Source: Dehalococcoidia bacterium
GTDB taxonomy: Bacteria; Chloroflexota; Dehalococcoidia; Bin125
Length of the DNA: 64,000 nucleotides
Reading direction: 5' to 3'
NCBI GenBank assembly: GCA_963662615.2
Contig: CAXXSR010000001.1
Location: forward strand, 736,001-800,000
The position numbers and the translations under genes were made by a program. Shown here in pieces: positions 54,915 through 64,000 of the stretch (position 1 is its first letter; each line of letters starts with the position of its first letter). The notes beneath the pieces were generated by a model. The model searched no databases, was not told the origin of the DNA, and saw nothing but the letters and a program-made list of their open reading frames with translations.

Positions 54915-57176
54915 ATGGTATCGTCGCCCCCGCCCTTCCTCCGCGACCTCAACGACGCCCAGTACCGTGCCGCCACCCATCCCGGCGGACCCCTCCTCAT
55001 CCTCGCCGGGCCCGGCAGCGGCAAGACCCGCGTCATCGCCCACCGCATCGCCTACCTCATCCGCGAAGGGGATGTCCCTCCGTCGCGCCTCCTCGCCGTC
55101 ACCTTCACCAACAAGGCCGCCCGCGAGATGCGCGACCGCGTCACCGCCCTCCTCGGCGAGGTCGCCGCGGCGATCACGCTGGGCACGTTTCACGCCCTCT
55201 GCGCCCGCATCCTCCGCCGCGACGGCCCCGCCGTCGCCGTCCCGCGCGACTTCGCCATCTACGACGACGCCGATCAGCAAAGCCTGGTCCGGGGCGCGCT
55301 GGCGGACTTGAGTGTGGACACGAAGCAGTACGCTCCTCGCGCCGTCCTCAGCGCCATCTCCAGCGCCAAGAATGACGGCCTCAGCCCCGAAGCCGTCAAG
55401 GACGCCGTGAGCAGCTACTTCCAGGAGGTGATTGCCCGCGTCTACGAGCGCTACCAGGCGGCGCTGCGCAGCAACGGCGCCGTCGACTTCGACGATCTCC
55501 TCACCAAGACGCTGGAGCTGTTCGAGACCCAACCCGCCGTCGCCGCCAACTACCAACGGCGCTACCTCCACGTCCTCGTCGACGAGTTCCAAGACACCAA
55601 CACGGTCCAGTACCGCCTCGCCCGCGCCTGGGCCGCCGCTCCCCCCGGCGAGCGCGCACCCGCGAACGGCGCCAACCTGACTGTGGTCGGCGACCCCGAC
55701 CAGTCGATCTACTCCTGGCGCGCCGCCGACATCCGCAACATCCTCTTCTTCGCCCGCGACTACCCGGATGCCACCACTGTCCGCCTGGAGCAGAATTACC
55801 GCTCCACCAAGGCCGTCCTTCGCGTCGCCGACGCCGTCATCGCCCCCGCCGCCGAGCGCATCCACAAGGCGCTCTGGACCGAGAACGATGAAGGCCCCCG
55901 CCCCGTCCTCTTCGAGGCCTATACCGAGACGGAGGAGGCCGAGTTCGTCGCCACGGAGATCCGCGAGCAGGTCGAGAAGGGCGGCTGGCAGCTCGGCGAC
56001 GTCGCCGTCATGTACCGCACCAACGCGCAGTCACGCGTGGTGGAAGAGGTCCTCTTGCAGCGGGGCCTGGCCTACCGGCTGGTGGGCGGCACCCGCTTCT
56101 ACGAGCGACGCGAGGTCAAGGACGTTCTCGCCTACCTCCGACTCGTCCACAACCACGCCGCCGACGTCGCCTTCGACCGCGTCATCAACGTCCCTGCCCG
56201 CGGCATTGGCGCCAAGAGCAAGGCCCTCCTCCGCGACTGGGCCGACAGCCACTCCGTCTCCCTCTTCGCCGCCGCCGCCACTGCTGCCGGCGCTGACGAC
56301 GGGCCCGCGCTGCCCAAACGCGCCGCCGCGTCCCTCCGCGCCTTTCACGATCTGATCAGCGGCGCCCGTGAGCTGGCCGGGCGCGACACCGTCACGGCGC
56401 TGCTGGACCACCTGCTCCAGCACAGCGGCTACCAGGACTACCTCTTTCGCGATTTCGAAGATGCCGAGGAGCGCTGGGCCAATGTCCTGGAGCTGCGCAC
56501 GGTGGCCGCCAAGTACGACGAGATCGACCTCCCGCCCGACACGGGTGGAACCGCCCTCGCCGCCTTGCTGGAGGACGTCGCACTCGTCTCCGACGTCGAC
56601 ACCATGGACGACGGCGCGCCATCCGCGGTCACCCTGATCACGCTGCACGCCGCCAAGGGGCTGGAGTTCCCCGCCGTCTTCCTCATCGGCATGGAGGAGG
56701 GCGTCCTCCCCCACCAGCGCTCCTTTGACGACCCCGCCGCCATGGAGGAGGAGCGACGGCTCTGCTACGTCGGCATCACCCGCGCCCAACGCGCCCTCTA
56801 CCTCGTCTACGCCTTCCGCCGCGCCCTCGCCGGCAGCGCCGGCCACAACCCGCCCTCCCGCTACCTGAGCGACATCGCCGACGACGCCGTCGACCGCCGC
56901 GGCCGCGCCCTCGCCACCGGCGCCAATGACGTCCGCCCCGCCCGCAACCGCTGGCTCACCTGGGACCAGTTCGACGGCATCGACGCCGACGCGGTCGACG
57001 CCTCACCGCTCGCACTGAGCCTGTCGCAGGGCGACACTGTCCGCCACGACGGCTTCGGCATCGGCACCGTCATCGCCTGCAAGCCCGCCGGCGCCGACCA
57101 CGAAGTCACCGTCAACTTCGAAGACGCCGGCGTCAAAAAACTCCTCCTCTCCCTCGCCCCCCTGGAGAAGGTCTGA
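54915..57176 (+). CDS. pcrA: ATP-dependent DNA helicase PcrA/UvrD
   Basis: LAGPGSGKTRV, TFTNKAA, VDEFQDTN, GDPDQSIYSWR, YRTNAQSR, HAAKGLEFP, EEERRLCYVGITRA, Tudor-like C-terminus. Confidence 0.96.
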   Translation: MVSSPPPFLRDLNDAQYRAATHPGGPLLILAGPGSGKTRVIAHRIAYLIREGDVPPSRLLAVTFTNKAAREMRDRVTALLGEVAAAITLGTFHALCARILRRDGPAVAVPRDFAIYDDADQQSLVRGALADLSVDTKQYAPRAVLSAISSAKNDGLSPEAVKDAVSSYFQEVIARVYERYQAALRSNGAVDFDDLLTKTLELFETQPAVAANYQRRYLHVLVDEFQDTNTVQYRLARAWAAAPPGERAPANGANLTVVGDPDQSIYSWRAADIRNILFFARDYPDATTVRLEQNYRSTKAVLRVADAVIAPAAERIHKALWTENDEGPRPVLFEAYTETEEAEFVATEIREQVEKGGWQLGDVAVMYRTNAQSRVVEEVLLQRGLAYRLVGGTRFYERREVKDVLAYLRLVHNHAADVAFDRVINVPARGIGAKSKALLRDWADSHSVSLFAAAATAAGADDGPALPKRAAASLRAFHDLISGARELAGRDTVTALLDHLLQHSGYQDYLFRDFEDAEERWANVLELRTVAAKYDEIDLPPDTGGTALAALLEDVALVSDVDTMDDGAPSAVTLITLHAAKGLEFPAVFLIGMEEGVLPHQRSFDDPAAMEEERRLCYVGITRAQRALYLVYAFRRALAGSAGHNPPSRYLSDIADDAVDRRGRALATGANDVRPARNRWLTWDQFDGIDADAVDASPLALSLSQGDTVRHDGFGIGTVIACKPAGADHEVTVNFEDAGVKKLLLSLAPLEKV

Positions 57177-57194
57177 GCCATTGAGGAGGGAGGA

Positions 57195-57422
57195 GTGGTG
57201 GACTTCCGCCTCACCGAGCATGCCCGTGAACAGATGACTGAGCGTGGCATCGGCCGCGACGAGATCGCGGAGGTCCTTGAGCGCCCCGCCCGCACCGATG
57301 CCGACGAGTGGGTCGAGAAGTTCTACGCCACCGTGTCAGGCCGCGAACTGTGCGTCGTCGTCTCACATCGCCTTCGCACGGTGCTGCTGATCATCACCGC
57401 CTATCCGGCCGGGGAAGCGTAG
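57195..57422 (+). CDS. DUF4258-family (RelE-like) putative toxin
   Basis: LTEHAREQMTERGI...VLERP...LCVVV...IITAY. Confidence 0.8.
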   Translation: MVDFRLTEHAREQMTERGIGRDEIAEVLERPARTDADEWVEKFYATVSGRELCVVVSHRLRTVLLIITAYPAGEA

Positions 57423-57435
57423 ACTGGAGGGCGAG

Positions 57436-57678
57436 ATGCACGTCACCTACGACTCCGAAGCCGATGCGATCTACGTTCGCCTCCGCGACGGCGGCCGGGG
57501 CGCCGCAAAGCGCACCGTCGACCTCGGCGGCCACCGATACGTCAACTACGATGCCGCGGGCAACGTCCTCGGCGTCGAGTTCCTCGTCGTCAGCCGCGGC
57601 ATCGATCTCACCGACGTCCCGGAGGCCGGCCGCGTCGCGAAGGCCCTCCGCGCCATCCCACACCCCGCGCCGGCATAA
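57436..57678 (+). CDS. DUF2283-family putative antitoxin
   Basis: MHVTYDSEADAIYVRL...YDAAGNVLGVEFL. Confidence 0.85.
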   Translation: MHVTYDSEADAIYVRLRDGGRGAAKRTVDLGGHRYVNYDAAGNVLGVEFLVVSRGIDLTDVPEAGRVAKALRAIPHPAPA

Positions 57679-57813
57679 GCGACCGCCCTTGAGACGGTCT
57701 GACTGCTGCGCAGCCCGACCGCTACTCTCCTAACCATGGGACGCAACCGCCATGGTTTGGACGCTTTCCTGCGTGCTCAGCGGTTTAGTCAGGTCTGCTA
57801 ACCTCCCTCGGCC

Positions 57814-58503
57814 ATGCCGGAGACTCCTTGGCCCCCACCACCGGCGGCTTACCGAGAGCATGAGCCTCCGGTAGGGCTTGGCTGTCCCCACTGCGGGGTG
57901 ATTCTCGATCCGCCGCCGACGCGGCCCCGCAAGTGTCCTCACTGTCGCGGCCGAGTCGTGCCGCGAACTCGCCGCCGCGATGGCGCGAAATTCATTCTGA
58001 CGCAAATTGAAGCTCAGCAGTTCGATGCCGACCGAGATGCCGAGCGCGCGCGATCGACGGCGCTCCGCGCTGCGCAGGGAATAGGAGCTTCCGAAGGACA
58101 ATTCGCCCGGGCCGCCTCTCTTCTCGCGGACGAGTGGAACCGGGAACCTCTCTCGCGCGATGTCTTCTGGCGGGTCGCTAATGATGCTGTCACCACTGCT
58201 GGCCGGGTCAAAGACTGGTCGCGTTTAGCTGGCATCTATTGGCAGATGGCCCGATGGGCACGCGGAGAAGGTCGCGATGTGCGCCATCTTCTCCGCTCGT
58301 CGTCAGAGGCGAAGCTTCGATCGATGCCGTATACAAGAAGAGTGGAAATCGCGACCTGCAATGATCTAGATGTCTGCGCCGCCTGTCGCAGCAACGCAGG
58401 CCGCCAGATGACTCGCGCAACCGCCCTTCGGCGACTGCCCATCCCGAACGACTGCGAGGCGGATTTCTGCCGTTGCAGCTGGGCACCCGTAGAAACGGGG
58501 TAG
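57814..58503 (+). CDS. Hypothetical Cys-rich protein (N-terminal zinc ribbon, C-terminal Cys cluster)
   Basis: CPHC-x13-CPHC; C..D.CAAC...LPIP..C...CRC. Confidence 0.7.
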   Translation: MPETPWPPPPAAYREHEPPVGLGCPHCGVILDPPPTRPRKCPHCRGRVVPRTRRRDGAKFILTQIEAQQFDADRDAERARSTALRAAQGIGASEGQFARAASLLADEWNREPLSRDVFWRVANDAVTTAGRVKDWSRLAGIYWQMARWARGEGRDVRHLLRSSSEAKLRSMPYTRRVEIATCNDLDVCAACRSNAGRQMTRATALRRLPIPNDCEADFCRCSWAPVETG

Positions 58504-58570
58504 AGCCCCACACCCCTCCTTCGGGTCAAAGCCGCTATGTGATCTGGCAACCTTCGCGAAGGTGTTCATT

Positions 58571-58599
58571 CCGCTCGCCCTGAGCTTGTCGAAGGGTGA
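58571..58599. repeat. REP-like short element
   Basis: CCGCTCGCCCTGAGCTTGTCGAAGGGTGA; core CCTGAGCT.GTCGAAGG also at 7151-7167. Confidence 0.6.
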
Positions 58600-58647
58600 G
58601 GCTACTCCGCTCCCTCGGTGGAATAGGTGAAGCTAAGAGCAGTTGGT

Positions 58648-59292
58648 TCAGCTAGCGCCCGTAACTCCAGCGGGTCGCTCCTCGTAGAACGCTTCCAGAC
58701 CCGCAAGGATTTCATCAGCCGTCGCGGCGGAATTTTGGTAAGTGGCAGTGACTACGTCCACCAGCTTCGTGCAGTCCCGTGCCGTCGATCGCGAGCGGCG
58801 TAAGATCTGATCGATGCTGTCAACGGTGTCGTCAATCGGCGTGCGGTGAACCCGAACGAATACCCCGATCGGTCGAATCATGTACTCAATTTCGCTGAAG
58901 CTTCTTCCTCTTTGACAGAGGCGCCTAAACATCCGCGCTGAATCATGTGGTCCGAGGACTCCCAGAGCATTTCCACGGTGCTTCCAAATCGCCTTGAATT
59001 GACGCTCCGTCTGATGCTTCTCGGCGTTCGCTGCGATTGCCGCATCAACCAGAATTGATTCCTGCACGGCGTATACGTAGACAGACCAACCGAGAATGCC
59101 TATCAGTACCGATCCGCCAGCTAATGCCAGGCCCGTGACCAACCCGAGCTGCGCGATTCCTATTCCGAGCACCGCAAGCTCCAGGATTCCGAGCGTTGCC
59201 TTGAAAGCGTTGTTTAGCTCGAGGCGCTTGAATCCCGCGAGCAATCCCGTCACACCCAGCAAAACAGCGAGGACTGCTAATGCGTCATTCAT
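58648..59292 (-). CDS. Hypothetical membrane protein
   Basis: Three N-terminal TMs + soluble helical C-terminus; AT-richer than the backbone. Confidence 0.7.
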   Translation of the reverse strand: MNDALAVLAVLLGVTGLLAGFKRLELNNAFKATLGILELAVLGIGIAQLGLVTGLALAGGSVLIGILGWSVYVYAVQESILVDAAIAANAEKHQTERQFKAIWKHRGNALGVLGPHDSARMFRRLCQRGRSFSEIEYMIRPIGVFVRVHRTPIDDTVDSIDQILRRSRSTARDCTKLVDVVTATYQNSAATADEILAGLEAFYEERPAGVTGAS

Positions 59293-59361
59293 TGCAAGTC
59301 TCCTGGTCCTGCTCCGTCACGGCAGCTTCCTCGCAGGGATGCAGCGTTCGTCTACGTACGC

Positions 59362-59380
59362 TATACTGGAACATATGTTC
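59362..59380 (+). promoter_or_regulatory. -10 box + LexA (Cheo-type) SOS box
   Basis: TATACT (59362-59367) followed by the perfect palindrome GAAC-ATAT-GTTC (59369-59380). Confidence 0.72.
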
Positions 59381-59706
59381 CGTCACGACTCTCAACTTGC
59401 GCCCATCAATTCGCGATGAAAAGACGGTTACACCCACAGGAGGCTCAGAAGGACCCTGTCGGGTCTCCGGAGACGACCACCCCCTGCAAAATCCTGCAAG
59501 AACCTGCCGCAACCGTGACGGATTCCGACCCCCGCTGAGCATTCCCGCCCCGCCCCCATCTGGACGACCTCCCGCCCAACAATTTTTTCGTCGCCTTGCA
59601 CGCTCTGACGCCGTCTGAACACCCGCGCCCAACCCTCCGCACAATCCGCCCTGCGCGGCGAATTGTTCTCGCAATGTGAACGTGCCCCGTTCGCGGAGAG
59701 CAAAAA

Positions 59707-60237
59707 ATGCCCCGTCCCCGCCCCAACTCCTGGCGCCGAAACCCCCACATCCGCCTCCGCATGCACCGCGTCCACGGCCTCCACCTCCGCGGCCTCGCCA
59801 ACCGCCCCATCGCCACCCGCCTCGGCGTCTCCGAGAGCACCGTCTCCCGTGACCTCGACCGCCTCCACACCCTCTGGCTGCAGGCGCGCAAGGACTTCGC
59901 CGACCGCGAGCGCCTCCGCTCCCTCGGCACCATCCGCGAACTCGATCGCCTCCTCTGGTCCAAACTCGAGCGTCACAAAACGGACGACGATCCCACCGCC
60001 ATCACCCGCCTGCTCCGCGTCTTCATCGCCGGCCAGCGCGAGATCCGGCAGCTCCTCAACTCCGCCCCCGATGAGGCAGCAGAGGAGAACCTGGTCCCCC
60101 GCACCATCGGTGAAGTCGTCGCCTATTTCAGCACTGAAGAGATCGAGAACAACGCAGACGATCCCACCATCACCGAGGAGGATCGCCGCGAGAAGATAAG
60201 AAAACTCCGCGCCTACCAAAAGCGTCAGCGGCGTTAG
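59707..60237 (+). CDS. Helix-turn-helix protein (phage small-terminase-like architecture)
   Basis: LHLRGLANRPIATRLGVSESTVSRDL..L...W...; GGAGAG RBS. Confidence 0.7.
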   Translation: MPRPRPNSWRRNPHIRLRMHRVHGLHLRGLANRPIATRLGVSESTVSRDLDRLHTLWLQARKDFADRERLRSLGTIRELDRLLWSKLERHKTDDDPTAITRLLRVFIAGQREIRQLLNSAPDEAAEENLVPRTIGEVVAYFSTEEIENNADDPTITEEDRREKIRKLRAYQKRQRR

Positions 60238-60358
60238 GAGACACCCTCCCTTCGCCCTGACCAGTCCTTCCGTCTGAGGAAGTAGCCTGCCGCAGGTCCT
60301 TCGGCGACCGCAGGGAGCGGAAGGATCGAAGGGCGAACCCCACCTCACTTCCACCTGC

Positions 60359-60427
60359 CTCCCCCTCTCCATCGGTTCGCGATGGAGACCTGTCCTTCTA
60401 CCGGAAGGAGGGGGTCGGGGGGTGAGG
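60359..60427. repeat. REP-like palindrome with nested short insertion, second copy
   Basis: CCCCCTCTCCATCG...CGATGGAGA[CCTGTCCTTCTACCGGAAGGA]GGGGGTCGGGGGGTGAGG. Confidence 0.65.
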
Positions 60428-60483
60428 TTGCAAGACACCGGCGTGAAGCAGCAGCTGCTCTTGCTCGCGCCGCTGGAGACGGT

Positions 60484-61611
60484 TTAGGCGTCCGCCTCGC
60501 CCTTCACCGCCTCCCACCGACGGATCAGCTCCGCCACGTCGAGGTCGCGCATGTCGAGGCCGGCCGCCTCCAGCGACCGCTCCAGCGCCCGGAAGCGCCG
60601 CTCAAACTTCGCGCTCGCCCCCCGCAGCGCCGACTCCGCGTCGATCTCGTGGCGCCGGGCGAAGTCGGCGATGACGAAGAGCAGGTCGCCCAACTCCTCT
60701 TCCGCCTGCGCCGACCGTCCCGCAACGGGAAGGACCGAGGCCAGCTCCCGCACCTCCTCCGTGAGCTTGCCCAGCAGGGCCTCGTCGTCCGGCCAGGCGA
60801 AGCCGCGTCGCGCCGCCCGCCCCGCCAGGCTCTGCGCCCGCGCCAGCGATGGCAGCGTCGGCGGCACCCCCTCCAGCGCGGAGGCGTCATCCTCGCGCTC
60901 GGCCGCCTTCAGCTCATCCCAGCGGGCTACGACCTCGTCCGGCGTCTTCGCCTCGGCGTCGCCGAACACGTGCGGGTGCCGTTGCACCAGCTTGGCGCGG
61001 ATGCTCTCGCTGACTCCGTCCAGGTCGAACTCGCCCGCCTGCTGCGCGATCTGGGCGTGCAGCACGACCTGCATCAGCAGGTCGCCCAGCTCCTCCCGCA
61101 GCGCCGCCGGGTCGCCCCGGTCGAGCGCGCTCAGCACCTCGTACGTCTCCTCCAGCAGGTGCGGTCGCAGCGAGTGATGGTCCTGCGCCAGGTCCCAGGG
61201 ACAGCCGTTCTCGGGATCACGCAATCGCGCGATCACCCCCCGCAGGCCGAGAAAGTCGCCGCGCACCTCCTCCGCCGCGACGGCCGGCAGCGCCATCGCC
61301 AGCAGATCCGTTCGCTCGGCTAGCCCCCCGCGCGCGATCTCGCCCACACTGATCGCGCTGCGGCCGAGCCGTCCGGCGTTGTCGCCACGGGTAAGGACGA
61401 GCGCTCCCGTCTCCGGCGGATACTTGGCCAGCGCATCGGTGTTGAGCGCGTCGGCGTGGAGCGCGTCGGGCGTATCGCACAGCAGCAGGAGCGGACGCGT
61501 GGGATCGACGGCGCGCAGCTGCGCGACGTCGGCGATCTGCAGTCCCGCCGCGACGTCCAGGTTGGCCGCCGCGATCAGCGCCTCCAACGAAGCCTTGGCG
61601 GCAGCGGCCAT
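60484..61611 (-). CDS. mazG: Nucleoside triphosphate pyrophosphohydrolase MazG with N-terminal extension
   Basis: LRDPENGCPWD..QDH.SL...LLEETYEV, EELGDLLMQVVLHAQI, RHPHVFG, EELGDLLF, KFERRF. Confidence 0.93.
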   Translation of the reverse strand: MAAAAKASLEALIAAANLDVAAGLQIADVAQLRAVDPTRPLLLLCDTPDALHADALNTDALAKYPPETGALVLTRGDNAGRLGRSAISVGEIARGGLAERTDLLAMALPAVAAEEVRGDFLGLRGVIARLRDPENGCPWDLAQDHHSLRPHLLEETYEVLSALDRGDPAALREELGDLLMQVVLHAQIAQQAGEFDLDGVSESIRAKLVQRHPHVFGDAEAKTPDEVVARWDELKAAEREDDASALEGVPPTLPSLARAQSLAGRAARRGFAWPDDEALLGKLTEEVRELASVLPVAGRSAQAEEELGDLLFVIADFARRHEIDAESALRGASAKFERRFRALERSLEAAGLDMRDLDVAELIRRWEAVKGEADA

Positions 61612-61760
61612 CCCGGCGCAATCCTCCGCAATCGATACACTGGTGAGGCGGTGCGGCGCCCGCCGACTCTGATGCCCGAGCCGCACTGTCTGTATCAGGA
61701 GTCCGTATCAGGAGCCCCGCATCAGCAGCCTAGCGTAGGCGCGGAGATCGAGAGGGGCGA

Positions 61761-62552
61761 GTGGCGCTCGTACGCCGATCACTGACGGCCGCCCGGCCGC
61801 CGCGCGCGGCGCGCCCCTGGCTCTGGCGCCTGGCGCTCTTCCTCTTCGCGCTCGCCGTGCTGACGCTGCCCATCGCCTGGAGCGTGCGCTTCAGCGCCGA
61901 ATCAGGCTGGTGGTGGGAGCGCGGCTTCGACCGCTACGACGCCGCCGCCCGCAGCGGCCTCTCGCGCGCCGAGGTCGAGCGCGCCGGCGCGGAGCTGCGC
62001 GCCTACTTCCAGTCCGACGACGAGTTCGTCGACATCGCGGTCACCAACGTCGCGGGCCAAGAGGAGATCCTCTTCACGCCGCGGGAGGTGCAGCACCTCG
62101 TGGACGTCAAGCGCCTGCTGGAGCGCACCTACGATGCCGGCTGGGCCGCCCTCGGCTTCATCATCGCGTTCGTGGCGGGCGTCGCGTATTGGCGTCGCCG
62201 CCGCGCCGCCGTCTCCCTGGCGCGGGCCGGCGTCTTCGCGGGTGGCGGTGTGGTGGCGGCGATCTTCGCGCTGGGCATTGTCGCGGTCACGGGCTTCGAC
62301 GGCGCCTTCCGCCAGTTCCACCTGCTCTTCTTCACCAACGACCTCTGGCAGCTCTCATCGAACGACCGCTTGATCCAGCTGTTCCCGCAGGGCTTCTTCT
62401 TCGAGACCACGCTGCTGATCGGCGCCGTCACCATCGCCTTCGCCCTGGCCATCGCGCTGGCCGGCTGGTGGCGCCTGCGCCGACCGGCAGGCGGTATGGG
62501 CGAGTCGTCCGGCCTCGTGGAGCGAAAGTCGGAACGGGTGCAAGCGGGCTAG
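61761..62552 (+). CDS. TIGR01906/DUF1461 integral membrane protein (Lit-like)
   Basis: FTPREVQHLVDVKRL, F..F..FHLLFFTNDLW, D.LIQLFPQGFF. Confidence 0.85.
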   Translation: MALVRRSLTAARPPRAARPWLWRLALFLFALAVLTLPIAWSVRFSAESGWWWERGFDRYDAAARSGLSRAEVERAGAELRAYFQSDDEFVDIAVTNVAGQEEILFTPREVQHLVDVKRLLERTYDAGWAALGFIIAFVAGVAYWRRRRAAVSLARAGVFAGGGVVAAIFALGIVAVTGFDGAFRQFHLLFFTNDLWQLSSNDRLIQLFPQGFFFETTLLIGAVTIAFALAIALAGWWRLRRPAGGMGESSGLVERKSERVQAG

Positions 62553-62579
62553 CGCCGCTCTCTGTGACGTCAGACGGGG

Positions 62580-62822
62580 TCAGTTGAGGCTTCCGCAGCC
62601 ACAGGCCCCCCGCCCGCAGGCGCAGCCGCCGCTAGGCGCACTCATGGCATCCGGCGCCGCCTCCGCAGCCCGACCGCCTGCCACGGCCGGGGCCGAAACC
62701 GAAATCGTCCGGGCGGCGCGATGCCCCATCGCGCAGCGGTCCTGCGCGCTGGCAGCGGACATGGGCCGCAAGCGCGTGAAAGTTTGGTTGCACATCGAGC
62801 AGTAATACTCGTACAGGGGCAT
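62580..62822 (-). CDS. FmdB-family zinc-ribbon protein
   Basis: MPLYEYYCSMC..TF..L...C..GH...; Cys-rich tail GGCACGRGACGC. Confidence 0.85.
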   Translation of the reverse strand: MPLYEYYCSMCNQTFTRLRPMSAASAQDRCAMGHRAARTISVSAPAVAGGRAAEAAPDAMSAPSGGCACGRGACGCGSLN

Positions 62823-62851
62823 GCCCGTCCGCCTTCCCGTCCGCGCCGCAC

Positions 62852-64000
<1,149 letters not shown>

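Overview
High-GC bacterial chromosome segment. Its gene content suggests Chloroflexota, probably Dehalococcoidia-like (inference): several luciferase-like monooxygenases, a family III CoA-transferase pair, a GAAC-N4-GTTC LexA box, and a pcrA-mazG-rpoD backbone. It holds four tRNAs (Asn, Gln, Leu, Phe), about 55 CDSs and several pseudogenes. Main signals: (1) small 1-3 kb gene cassettes with no integrase, each bounded by a duplicated piece of its target: one at tRNA-Asn, two in tandem at tRNA-Phe, and TPR and adhesin cassettes around a decarboxylase gene; (2) an AhpD/CMD-like selenoprotein missed by the ORF track (CxxU with a SECIS-like hairpin); (3) three secreted proteins sharing an extended L(P/A)xTGxGGLA-TM-basic sorting signal; (4) unusual fusions (Cys-rich domain + truncated globin; peptidase S51-like + CysRS C-terminal domain); (5) putative defence/TA genes (HEPN-like protein beside an integrase stub, ImmA/IrrE + DUF4411, DUF4258/DUF2283); (6) an arsS arsenosugar-type gene pair; (7) local palindromic and nested REP-like repeats and many short tandem duplications. 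All family calls come from reading motifs by eye; no database search was run.
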